Shown here one piece after another: positions 41,571 to 54,470 of a stretch of 64,000 nt of DNA. Position numbers and translations under genes: made by a program. The notes beneath the pieces were generated by a model. It was not told the DNA's origin, searched no databases, and saw only the letters and a program-made list of their open reading frames with translations. Origin of the DNA: Nageia nagi (lineage: Eukaryota > Plantae > Pinophyta). The stretch's first letter is position 1; every line of letters starts with the position of its first letter. The stretch is taken from NCBI GenBank assembly GCA_050084985.1, contig JBITNC010000001.1:119288001-119352000 (forward strand), read 5' to 3'.

Positions 41571-42299
41571 TGCAAGAGCCTTATATTAAAATTTGAATTC
41601 CCCCCCTAGTGATAATTTCTAAGGAATCAAAACATCATACCAACATAACTTATTTTAGCTTATGAGCTAACTTATTTACTTTACAAATTATTTACAAGTT
41701 ATTTTATATTTTACAAGTTATTTACAAGTAAATGTTGTATTAACTTGGTATTTTTATTATGAGCTAAGTCTCCAAGATTAACTTAGTATTTTTACAAAGT
41801 ACCCTATCATAATTACTAATTTACCTATAATAATTTAACTTGATGTACATTAGATAATTTAATGCAACATAACTTGACATAAAAACATAATTACTAAATT
41901 GCCCTATCATAATTTAATTCAACATAAAAACATCAAAATAACATGCAATTCATTAACATGCCTCCATAAACATCTATGATAAAATCATGCATATATATGT
42001 CAAAAAGTAATATATAGTCCATATGACCCATAATAATGTACATAATAACATCCATAGTCTATATAAGAATGTACATCTAGTCTCAGACAACACATGTACA
42101 TGTACATACATACATATATCAAAAAATACAAAGTCCATCAAATTCAAGTAAGTTCTCAAAGATTTATATAACAAAAGGCCTAATATAATGTGCATGTAAC
42201 AACAAAAGACTTAAATCCTCAAAAATGTATATAACAAAAGACCCAAGTCCTCAAAAATGTATGTAACAACATGTACCTAAGTCCTTAAACACATACATA

Positions 42300-42541
42300 T
42301 CTACTCATAGATCTAAGTCCATAAGATCTATCTAATACATACACCTTCCCTATCATAATCAATCTTCCTTTTAGTTCCATGTGATGAAGGTGAAATTGTA
42401 GACTCATGATGTTAGATAATATAAAGAAAAATAAAATCATCTTTTTAAAAATTTGATTCAATTTCTTAATAAATTATATTGAAGTCACTAACCTACATAC
42501 ATGCATACATACATACATACAACATACATATACATACATAC

Positions 42542-42606
<65 letters not shown>

Positions 42607-44283
42607 CATAAATTTTACCACATCATGATGCTCCTCTACTCATTTAGAAACTACATACTGAATGTTGTTGTGCAACCTATAGTTTATTTGATGCATCAAT
42701 ACAAAATATATCATCAGGTAGACCCTAAAATATCAAATAAAACACCAAATAAAATGCATATGTGTACACACTAGTTATTTTAACAATATTACCTCAAATC
42801 TATTAGGTGGGTTAGAGTGAAATTATGTCTCCCTAGTAACTGGTGATTAGGATCCATTGTAATGATGCTATCAACTTGCAAACATATATACAATTTACAT
42901 GCTAGATCTAGTGAAAAAAAGAGTACATAATAATGACTAGTATTTAATTGAGAAAAAACATATAGTGGTTGGTAGATCCTGAATAGTAGTCAACACAATC
43001 TCTAGATGGTCAGATGTGAACATACCATGATCTCCCCATAATAATTAAAATATTATATGATAATGCAAGAACATGTATACAAAAGTGAAATGCTTGACAT
43101 TACAATTTAAACAAGGTGTAAATTTGATTACCTAGAAGGGTGTCTAATCTTGTCTAGAAGTTAATATAATATGACCTCAATCATATCCATATAATGATGT
43201 AGAACCCATCCTCTACACCAAAAAAATACAAATATAAGATTTATATATTAATTTTATGAAATTATCCTTATTAAATATAAAATGTGTGCCTTAAAAATAC
43301 ACATGAAATTTACCTGTGTACTAGAAGTATCATAACCGCCTAATAACATCTGCATAAAACTATGAAGATTAGTATTTACTATACCTACACCTAGAGTGGG
43401 CCTAATACATATCTAGTGGTAATGATATAAGGTGTGAGGCATCATCACCTATGAGTTACTATATCCCTCTACATCAAATGCTTCTTAATGTCTCTCATTG
43501 AACTTAGCTACCACATTGGTAGCTTGTTTAGTGAGAGTACCTGATAGCTGACTCAATCCCTCTAACCCTAAAACCACTATAGAACTAAGAAAATAGTAGG
43601 AATAGTAGATCAAGTAGAAGGTACAAGAGGTGGAACACATCCCAAGTCAATTAGGATCAACCCATGCCCCTAGTCTATCCTATGGATAACCAAGACCAAC
43701 ACCCTGAGATGGTCTAATATCAAAGTAGTTTGGTTTTTTATGTAACACAAACTCTACATGCAATTTCTTCAAAAAATACAATGGGATATCTCTCCCATTA
43801 TCATATGGGGCCTAATCAAATACCATCCACCATCTATCCCAAAAATAATGGGCTATCTTAGAAGGGGTACGCCACCTAATACTAATTCTTTATTTACTAA
43901 GTAGGATTGGTTGATTGGTTTTAGAATTAATGAATTACTTAGATACTATTTGTTTAGTAATTTTTAGGTCATTTATCTCCTTATGGGAGAGACCATTTTC
44001 ATAAAAATATCTAGCCTCCTATCATGATGTACATCATAGATATAAAACATGACTTATGGGGGGAAATATCTCTAACAATAGTATGGAGTGCAGTAATTAT
44101 ATCTTGTAATACCTTGATATTTTGAGTAATAGCTTCTCAAAGGCGATCCCCATTTGACTGAGGGGGTGGTGGGTTTTCATGAGGTGGACTAAAGGATGAA
44201 TTTAGGGGGTTCTCATCATATGGAATATAGGGTGGAGAATGGGGGTTTTCATGATGTGGAGATGGTGGACATGGGGGATCCAT
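42300..44283 (-). pseudogene. S2 ORF2: multi-exon gene of unknown family
   Basis: ATG at 44283 MDPPCPPSPHHENPHSPP..., then IPLYFLKKLHVEFVLHKKPNYFDIRPSQGVGLG. Several small downstream exons with GT/AG edges. Homologous to S1 ORF2. Confidence 0.6.
42495..42602. repeat. (TACA)n-(TA)n compound microsatellite
   Basis: Directly visible. Confidence 0.9.
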
Positions 44284-44539
44284 GGTAACAAAAGCTACAA
44301 CCTAAGTGAATATACATAATCTAATCTATGAAAGCATAAATATTTCAAAAGGATATGAATATCACATGATATTCAATACATGATAATCTATAAATACAAA
44401 TTTTAAAAATAAATTATGTAAATACAAATAATATTCAATATGATAATCTATAATGCATTTGAATATATGAAAATAATCCCTAATTCATTACAATATGTAA
44501 AATAATTAATGTTCAAATGGCATCCCAATTTATCTTAGT

Positions 44540-46800
44540 GTTATGCTTTGCTTGGTGATATCATTGTAATCAATAATTAGCTTTCAAAGCTTGGGAAGAG
44601 TGTCTCCATCCCTTGAAATTATTAAGGGTTAACAACTCAAGAGAGTTCCAGAATTTGATGGTTGGTAAAGGTTGTAAATAAGGTTTGCTTAGTGATTTGT
44701 AAAGAGCATGTATGCACATATAGGTTAATGATTCTACTGGGAGAGAGATCAATCCTATGAGGGAAAATATAACAATACATATGTAATCATAAATGGTCCA
44801 TTCCTCCAACAATTCATGAGCCTAATGAAGGTGTTCCACCTTCATTGCTACCTTTTCCACCTAGATTAAGATCTAGTTACATATTAAATAAAATTGTATA
44901 TTTGTCAATAAAATTAAAAGGAGAAGGGGAAAAATAATGAAAAAAGAATATCATAACTAGCTTTCCAAATACAAAAATGAATGTTCAATCTAAATAAATA
45001 TCATGTACTCTTGGTAAAGGAATGGTGAAGGAAGGTTGGTCCCCTAAGAAATCTTATTGCCATGACAAGGGATTAAGCATGAAAGTACATTATAAATAAA
45101 GTACCAAGCTTATTTGGCATTTGTACATGCCCTAAAAATATGCAAGACATCATTAAGTGGTTGGTATAAGGGGTATTGAGTTCATCCACTTCTAGGTTTA
45201 TGAGATGAGTACTAAGAGGTAATCCATAATAAATAGAATTCTAAGAAAAGATTAATGATTGGGTTCAATATAAGATATCCATACCACTTAAAAGCTAACC
45301 CTCCTTCTAGACTTGAAATAAAATAAGTTCCATTTCTTATCAAGAGCTTCGATACCATGGGGAGATAAGGAAGTAACCTTGCATATACTTATCAAGCTTT
45401 ATAATTAAAGAGTACAGGGTGTCCATAAACTAACTCAAGTCTATCTAGGAGGGCTTTTATATTAGACTCCATTTTCATGGAGCATATGTGTTCAATTGCA
45501 ATAAATAATAATATCACAAGCATCCATCCTTAGTTTATAATTAATGGCTCTACTGAAATTCAACCTATGGAATCTAGTGTCTATTTAGTAAGAGAACAAG
45601 TATAAAATGGATTTGATACCCTTTCTATACAAATTCTATGCATGTAAGTTAAACCTTTTCTCGCAAGATTCCCTAATAAATAAGAACATAGGATCACCAT
45701 ATGTAGTGGATGGTATACTACCTATGGATTTGACCCATGGTCTCCCATAGTTCTCCCTAATAATGAATTATAGGGAAAGAAATATTTTCACTATGTAGTA
45801 AGTCTAGTATTGAGAGTTTTAAGTGCTAATTGAATTGGTAAGAATTTATGATCATTGTAAAAATGGACACATTTAAGTTCTAAAGTATTTTTTCTTTCTT
45901 AAATGTTGTATCATCCAACATGTCCATATGAGATTGTAAAATTTAAATAAGCTTATATAAGAGGATTATATCTTGAGTTTCTTTGATTGCTTAGTAATAT
46001 TCTATGTTCTTGGGTACCTTTAGGGAGTTATAATCTTTCTAGCACTTGATAAGATTTTGATATGCTATTATACCTTTTTGTTTTGGCATGTACACATACA
46101 TATTTATTCAAAATGATTTATCAAGATAACTAGATGTACTTGGATTGAATTAAAAGGAAAAAGGGTACATGTTTTCAATAGAGGAGGCAAGGAAAGTTGA
46201 TCCTACAAGGCCTTCTTCCCCATTATCATTTATGCAACTTGAACCTATAAAATATGTCACCTTAGTATAAAGCTAAGTAACATCATCCTCAAAAGGTTGA
46301 ATTCTATCAAGAGCAACCTTGAACTTAGTAAATCTAGTAATTACATTACTAAATTATTAAAATATACCATAAAAATACAAAGTAAAAATAACTATCAAGA
46401 AATGTGAAAGTTTAGTTTCATGTTCTTACCTCAAGAAAGAGCCAAAGCAATAACAACATGAATAATAATGTCTCTATCTAGACTAGGGGCATTTATAGAT
46501 GAATGAGATGCATCCTTGGCTATGTTGAGGGTAGGAAGCTCTATATACATATACTCATAATCTAAAGTATATTATTTTAAATATAGATACTCAAGCTCAC
46601 CATCTGAGGACATAGGAACCCTAAGAGGAGTAGGTCGAATGGTATCCTAGTAAGAAACATAATCATCTAAGATAATGATGACATTACTTGATCTTTCCTC
46701 ATAGGTCATGGATAATGAGACTCTAGTTTCTCTTAGGAAACAAACCAAGGAGGCATATAACAATCCCTATCAATCACAACACTCTTAATAAAATTTTGAA
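44540..46800 (-). pseudogene. S2 ORF3: decayed multi-exon ORF of unknown family
   Basis: Long frame 46070-45500 (KGIIAYQNLIKC*KDYNSLKVPK...GELWETMGQIHR*YTIHYIW*SY) whose stops are compatible with CAR/TGG/CGA deamination. Last exon overlaps ORF 44570-44812. Splice-like edges at about 46428 and 44862. Confidence 0.45.
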
Positions 46801-47269
46801 TTTAATAAATAACAAATTTAAAAATTTCTCAAGAAACAGCAAACTATCTAAGAACATGCTCGATATGATAGGATTATAAGGAATCAAAGTTAGTGTATTA
46901 TTTTCCTTTGTAACTAGGTATAGTGGAGAAGGATTATAAATACCTCATAACCATGAATGAATATTATCATATTACACCTACAATGGATCTTCTTGGTCAT
47001 GTTGTACATCTAAATGAAGCAAACAAATTTATAAATAGCATTTAAATAAAATCTAGTGTTGTAGTGTAGAATTATTTGCTTTATGCTTATATAATTTATA
47101 AATTTTAACCCCTCATTCATTCTAGATTCTATTTAAGAGCTCTAAAAAGGGTTTGCCTTATAAATGAAATGAAATAGAAGTGTTTTCCAACCTGATTAAT
47201 TGTCTATAAATATCCTTTTAGTTTTTGTAAACTCAACATCTCTAAAAGAGGTTGTTGATAAATAATGTA

Positions 47270-47520
47270 TTTTAGGGTACATATTTTTCTTGTATGAGCC
47301 TACTGTATTATGTTTATGTTGTTCTAAAAGTGTATGTAAATATTTTTCTTGTACGATATTCATGACCAATATTCTAGATTAAAGTTGAAAAAAGGGTACA
47401 TGTTTTTCTTATACGAGCTAGTGTTTGGTTGAAGTTGACAAAAGGGTAAATATTTTTATTGTATATGTGATGATTAGTGTCAAGGTTTGTTCAGTTGAAA
47501 AATGGTACTTATTTTTTATT
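47270..47520. repeat. S2 subterminal direct repeats of about 55 bp
   Basis: (ttgaaaa)aagggtacatattttt(t)cttgta five times with variation. Confidence 0.7.
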
Positions 47521-48133
47521 TATTTAAAGTCTCTTTGATTAAAGTTAAGTAAACTAAATTAAATTTTTAATGTTTAATTATTCATTTTTTTAATTAAACT
47601 AAACTAATTTTGCAAAAGAAAAGCATGAAATACAAAAGTACACTAAATTTGCAAATAAAAAACTAAATTAAACTACACACCTCAAAAACTAAGAAACCCA
47701 AAAACTAAATTTTTAAGTGTTTTTACAAATAAAAAATAAGAGAAGTAAGAAATAGGGTACTCAAAGAGCTAAAGAAGGTCATGTAGTGGATGCAGGGCAT
47801 AAGAGCATGGGGTGGGCCTCCTCAAACCAAAATGGCATTTGTTACATAAGATAATGAGGGCCCACAGGCTATTTTCATAGGGGTTATAATTATATGAAAT
47901 GAAATCTCCATTCTTAAGAACCAAAATTTCATTTCTTAAAAAAAATGGTTATTAAGAATAAAAATTTTATTTTTGGGTCAGGATGTTGAACCAAAATGAA
48001 ATTTTGATTTTTAAAGATTGCAATTTCATTTCATTTTGGTTTGTGAGGTAGAAGGAAATGAAATTTCAATCATTAAAAATCAAAATTTGTTTTAGTCTAC
48101 CATTTGTTTTTAAGTGAAGATGTCCACCTTAAG

Positions 48134-48158
48134 TGGACCCATCTTTATGCACTTACCC
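48134..48158 (-). repeat. S2 right TIR
   Basis: tggacccatctttatgcacttaccc. Confidence 0.92.
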
Positions 48159-48162
48159 ATAT

Positions 48163-49580
48163 ATGTTGATGCTGTGGTTAGTGTTTCTTACCTTGATCCT
48201 ATTCCCATAGAATATGAAGAGACCATTCTCACAATCAAAAATATTGGTAAGCATTCCCATGATTTTGTTATTGAGGATTCCTTTGAGCACCATTATTTTT
48301 CTACTAGTTGTATTAATGCATGTGAATGGTACCAAGATGTTTTCAATTATCTTAAAGATGGTGTTATCCCTATTACCTTTAATCATAATGATAGGATTAG
48401 ATGTAAAAAAACTAACAACTAAGTATATCATCTTGGCTGATTTATTGTATAAAAGGTCTTTTGATGGTGCTCTTCTTAGATGCTTAACAAGACATAATGT
48501 AGATATGGCCCTTCATCAAGATCATGATGGTGAAAGTGGTGAACACTTTAGTGCTAAATTTATTGATCAAAAATTGCTTAGACTAGGTTATTATTGGCCT
48601 ACTATGCTTGAAAATTGTGAATTACATATAAAAAAGTGTGAACAATGTCAAAAGAATGCTAGTCTTCAACCTTCTTCTTATCACACTTTGCATTATATTG
48701 TATATCCTTGGCCTTTTTTTTATTTGGGAACTTGATTATATTGGTAAAATTAACTTTGTTTCAAGAGAAAGACACAAGTTTATCATTACAACTACATATT
48801 ATTTCACAAAATGGGTAGAGGCTATACCCATGAAATCTACAAAAGTAGGTAAGATTATTGAGTTTATGATCTGTAGATATGTTGTTACTTCTAAATTATT
48901 TATGGATAATGGTACTAGATTTAAAGGTAATGAAGTTAAAGAATTTTGTGCTAAATATCATTTTGAACAAAATTTCTCTACCCTATATTACCCCCAAGGT
49001 AATGGTCAAGTTGAAGCTTCTAACAAGGTCATCAAGAGTATTTTATCCAAAATTATTACTAAACATAGTAAGGATTGCTATGAAAAAATCCTTTATTATT
49101 TGTAAGCCTATAGAATAAGAATAAGAAATTTAGTAGGGGAAACCCATTTTTACCTAATTTATGGTGATGAATCCATAGTTCTCCTTGAGCTAGAGATCAC
49201 ATCTCTTCATGTGTCACTAGATGGTCTCATTCCTAATAAAGATAAAAGGAAAGCTAGAATAGAAAAAATAGAGGTCCTAGTTGAAAAATGATTTAATGCT
49301 CTAAAACACCTTCATATCTACCATTATAGAATCCAAATATCATATAGCAAAAATATCAGACCTAAACAATTCAAAGTTGGTGACCTAGTCTTAAAAGAAA
49401 ACCTTGCCAACATTAAAGCACTAGAAAATGAAAAGAATGGTAAGTTCAAAACTAATTGGATAGGTCCTTACATTATCATTACAAATTATGGAAAAGGTAT
49501 GTATAAATTGTGAACAACTTATGGTAAATAAGAACATAATACAATCAATATTATGCATCTAAATAATTTTTATATGTGAT
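48163..49580 (+). pseudogene. R2 aRH end and integrase
   Basis: LYKRSFDGALLRCL..HDGESGEHF..LGYYWPTM..CEQC, YFTKWVEA, STLYYPQGNGQVEASNK, WIGPY at about 49460. Confidence 0.93.
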
Positions 49581-50437
49581 CTTTTCATAAAATTTTGCAT
49601 ATCTTTATTGTTTCATGCTAACATTCTAAGAAAATGAACTCATAACTTGGCAATGTCATTGCATTCCTAGCAATGCCATTGGAATCTATTTATTAAATAA
49701 GTTAGAAAAATCAATTATCTCTTCCATAACATAGTAAATTAGTGAAAAAGATAGTTCATTCATTTACTTTCATATTATTCTTGTTAAACAAGTTGCTTAT
49801 CAATAATGCTTATCAAAACATGTTAATATGATATTTCATTTTTTATTTATACCATTGGCCTCATTTGTAAGTGAGGATCACTCTTATCATAAAATCCATG
49901 GAAATATGATGGCTTGAGGTAACCAAGATTATCAATCTTATCATTTGATGTCTTTGTAAGAAAGGGTCAAGCTTACCATTTGGTACCTTTATAAGAAAGG
50001 TCCATTCCTATCAAAATCCATGGCAACATGGTGGCTTGGAAAATCAAGCTCATTAATTTAAATTGTTTATCATATTCATAAAAATCTTAGCAGGTAATTC
50101 ACCAAGGACAAGTTTGCTTTTTTATCACTTATCATACTTTCCATATCATATTATTGAAATATTTATATTTCATATATATATTATGCAAAAATATTTCTTA
50201 TCTAAGCTCTTTTCATGTAACTTTTTCTTTACCTTGGATTCATCCTATGAGGAAAAGTCCATCATATCGTAACTAATTCAAAGAGGGGGTATAACATAAG
50301 CAAAATCTAGGCATCTAAATTCACCATCATATCACAACTTTAGGGAGTATTTACTTGCTTATCTTGTTATACTTTGAATTCATGTTTTTATTTCCTTTTG
50401 TCTCAAAAGAATCAAAACATATTCAACATGGGGCATC

Positions 50438-51156
50438 TATTAAGACCTAAAAATGAATTTTGATTTAATTAAAATACCTTTTTAGATATTTGAAATAATT
50501 TATTTATTTTATTAAATATATGTTCTTTTCCATGTGCACTCTCATCTACCTTTATGTTTTATGGTAATAGGTCATCACTACATCACAATAAACCTAAGGA
50601 GGAGCCTTAGCACTAGACCTATTACCTATGAAGGTGCAAGAGTTATGCATGATCAAAGATATGATATGACATATCATAATCCAAAATCCTTGATAGGTGA
50701 AAATATACTTGTGTTAGTCTTAACCAGTGTTTCTAAATTCTACCTATCATCTTTGGATTTTGTTATACTTTGAGCTCTGTATTCCTATGATTTTTCTTCC
50801 ATTCACAATCAAGATTCAACACATTGAAGGTGGTATGATGATATCAAGCTTAAAGGTGAGGCATTCTAGAAAGATAGCTAAGTGCTATCATTAGGATTTT
50901 GGTATCATCACTAGGCTAGATTGGTGGCTCTGTATTCTTGAGAAGCTCATCATTCATCCTCACTCGATTGAATTTTGTATCCATTCATCATCATAGGTAA
51001 AGTACAATTTTGTATCTTCTATTAATCCAATTTTGATAAGTCAAGGACAAGTACATCATTATCATATTTCATGTTATCAATTTCTTATTATTTAGTTAAT
51101 TGAAGAATTTAATTATTATATAAATAACTATGATAATTATTATTTTAGTTATAACA
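50438..51156 (+). repeat. R2 3' LTR
   Basis: Colinear with 12199-12897, starts TA (decayed TG), ends ttataaca. Confidence 0.93.
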
Positions 51157-51968
51157 CCTATGTTGTGTGTTCACTCATTTATCCTTCTAGATCCTAGCAT
51201 GGATGCTCACATTAGCATTGACACTAACCTTAACATGGATGGTAAGCCTCACTTAAACATAGTAGTTTCAATTCCTCTAGTTGTCTCCATGCTCAATGTA
51301 GAATTAGGTATTTAGCAAGAGATTATTAGTCTAATACACAATGTAAGTGAGAACATTACTCATCCTACTACATTGGAATATTTTCTTCATCAAGTAGCTC
51401 AAGTTGATAACCTAATCCCCTTAAACATTATTGATGGTATAGCTACACAAGATGAATAAAATAAATAGGATAAATAGTTTCAAAAATTTTATGAGGAAAT
51501 AAACATATTCATTTAAGATGAGGTGATAAAGAAGATCTTGCAAAGTATGAAGAGATCAATAAAATTCTTGAATAGATTGATATGCCATATCCAAATTAGT
51601 AAGAAGAAGATAAAAAGATAAAATTTGAATTTCTTCATTCAGTAGAATAGCTTATCATTACAAAAATGAGTATAGCAGTGAAAATATTATATTTTAATTC
51701 ATTTCTTCACAAGGTTCAAAGTGATTACAAGAACAAAATAGAACTATGTCAACCTAATAACAAGCAACCAGTACAAGTCCCTATCATAGATAAATGAATA
51801 TATTAAGATGAATATGTTGATAGACTACTTGCTCAAGCTATGCAATCCATTATTGGTTGGGCTCAAGAAGAAAATGATATCAAATATGCATAATTACTAA
51901 AGTGTAACAAAGAGCACATGATATTAATGCCTCATAATAACATAAAGTGGTTTATTCTAATAGCTTTG

Positions 51969-53286
51969 TGTAGACACCTAAAAATGAATTATTATTTACT
52001 AAATAATTCATTTTAGAGTCTCAATGATGTATTATGTAAAAAGGGGTTAAAAATACCCAAAGCTATGTAATTCATGTAATGGACCATTATATCATGACCT
52101 AGGGGTCAAATCTTATAATAGAAGTGTTGCTATATAAAGAAATAAAAGGAAACACAATCTCTAGAGGATAGAGGATGAAGGGAGGATGTACAAATAAAAT
52201 ATGCAATATCATATTCATCTGAATAAAGGTGTTCTATAATGCCAACTATTTTTGAGTTGATATACCCTTCATCTTGTCTCATGCATTTCAATTTTTGCTC
52301 ATAGATGTGTGCATTTTAGGTTGTTAATGGCATTCATTGTGCATGAATGTTATTATGTTTGAAATTGGATCTCTAATACTCTTCATCTATTTTTGTATGT
52401 TTCAATTCATGTGCATAATTCTACCAATTCCACATCGCTAATGGCATGTATTTCCTATAAATTGATGGTGCAGTAATTTGACTACCTAGAGCTCACTAAC
52501 AATCAAAACATAGGTATGTGCCTTGGTTGCACCATTCAAGGACCTTTCCTAGGGTATCCAAGTCAAAAGGGATAGCAAGGGACACTCATCATCATCATCA
52601 TTATCATCATCAACAACAATAAGGGATAGTATAATAAAAAGTTCAAAGTTCTCAAAAACATTTCTTCTACACTTCTTCTTTGGATATGTAATTTCATTGC
52701 TTCAATCACACCTCCAAAGAGATGAAATTTAGACACCTAAAAATGAATTATTATTTATTAAATAATTCATTTTAAAGCCTCAATAATTTATAATGTAAAA
52801 AAGGGTTAAAAATATCCAAAGCTATGTAATTCATGTAATGGACCATTATATCATGACCTAGGGGTCAAATCTTGTAATAGAAGTGTTATTATATAAAGAA
52901 ATCAAAGGAAACATAATCTCTGAAGGATAGAGGATGGAGGGATGATGAGTGAATAAAATATGTAGTATCATATTCATCTAAATAAATGTGTTCTATAACA
53001 CCACCTATTTTTGAGTTTATATACCCTTCATCTTATCTCATGAATTTCAATTTTTGCTCATGGATGTGTGCATTTTAGGCTATTAGCGATGTTTGTTATG
53101 CATGAATGTTATTGTGTTTGAATTTGGATCTATAATACTCTTCTTTTGCTTCTATATATTTCAATTCATGTGTGTAATTCTACTAATTCCACATTGCTAA
53201 TGGTGTCTATTTCCTATAAATTGATGGTGTAGTAATTTAACTACCTAAAGCTCACTAATGATCAGAAGATAGGCATGTGACACTCA
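51969..53286 (+). mobile_element. R4: TRIM-like or internally deleted LTR element
   Basis: LTRs at 51969-52588 and 52728-53286, both ending gacactca. 139-bp non-coding interior ending in a PPT-like aaagagatgaaa. TSD ctttg/ttttg. Confidence 0.8.
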
Positions 53287-53291
53287 TTTTG

Positions 53292-54470
53292 TATTTACTT
53301 AGAACTCTCTACTCATTTATGAGGTTGAAACATCAGTTAAAGATCAAATATGGATTGTATATCCTTAAAAAATATTATATATTATAAATCATATTAATGA
53401 ATTATTTATTTGATTCATTATTTATGGTCTAAACTTTACATAATATCATCCATGATAGAAATGATAAAACTAGAGCTCTTGAAATATTCAATCCTAGATT
53501 GTAATTACTAACATTCGAAAAAGGATAAAATTCAAAACAATAATTGGAAAATACAAGGGAAAATATTTAAGCAATTATAACAATACCAAATTCAAAAATA
53601 GCATTACCAATGATACCTACAAAATGATTTAGCAAGTTACAACATGCTAGCATTGATAGTTTAATTGATGATTACTAGATTTACATTACAAAAAAGGTTA
53701 CATTTAGCAATTTGATTACTTTAAAGCAAAAACAAGGGTACTCCATTGAGTCATTTATTAGATTTTAGACTAAAAATGCTAATTAAGTTCATGAAGATGA
53801 TAATATGAAAATTTAAACCTTCATTGAGGCTCTTCAATCAAAATATACAATAGAAAAAGGAAGGTTTCACATCAAATATGGACAATGGAAACCAATAAAA
53901 AAAAAATTCACCTTCATAACCTCAACATTAGTACAAAAAGGAACAATAAAAAGAGTCACCAATCATGCCAAAGTGGAATCAATACAATAATAAGTAGTAG
54001 TAGCAAATGAAATTAGAGAGATTGACAAAGATGAGAAACCAATTTACATATAATGTCAAAAAATTTCTTTATAAAAATTTACACCTATACATGATGATAT
54101 TGATGAAATCACAAAGGCCTTAATCAAAAGAAAATTGCTAGTTCCACCACCTAAGTCTATAGTTCAACCATCCTTTGTAGTAGGGGTTCCAAGTAAGTGT
54201 AAGTTATATGAGTTATATAAATATCATCAATAGTGAGGACATGTGACAAAGTATTATGTATCACTAATCAACAAGTTTCAATATTTGATCAATCAAAAGA
54301 AGGTGTCTTTTTGAGAACCTAAAGTAGATGATCAACCAAAGCAATTATGAGAACCTTAGTATGAGAAGAATAATAATATGAGAATATTCAATAAGCCATT
54401 TTCTAATTTCATCGAATCAAAATCACTGAACACAAGCATCAATTTCATTGGTAATATCAATCTAACATGA
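53292..54470 (+). pseudogene. R1 gag, C-terminal part
   Basis: TLKQKQGYSIESFI at about 53720, decayed knuckle YKYHQ**GHVTKYY at about 54215, NMRIFNKPFSN at about 54380. Confidence 0.65.

Larger units (their letters stand above)
36886..48158 (+). mobile_element. S2: 11,273-bp Sola2-like DDD DNA transposon with accessory genes
   Basis: TIRs gggtaagtgcaagaagatggatcca and revcomp gggtaagtgcataaagatgggtcca (22/25 match), 4-bp TSD atgt/atat. Excision restores the R2 aRH frame KILRYNNMYVDA. Transposase motifs lie inside. Confidence 0.88.
12199..51156 (+). mobile_element. R2: full-length Ty3/gypsy Tat-lineage LTR retrotransposon (about 8.6 kb without inserts), decayed
   Basis: Paired LTRs at 12199-12897 and 50438-51156, perfect TSD CCTAT (12194-12198 / 51157-51161), PPT-like atggggcatc before the 3' LTR, and domain order gag-PR-G-patch-RT-RH-aRH-INT. 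Confidence 0.93.

Noticed and set aside
36886-48158. S2 as a CACTA, MULE, hAT or Helitron element
   Set aside because: Ends are GGG rather than CACTA, the TSD is 4 bp rather than 3 or 8-11 bp, TIRs are present, and the transposase motifs do not match those families.
50534-50773. ORF inside the R2 3' LTR
   Set aside because: No domain similarity, so most likely a chance ORF in LTR sequence.
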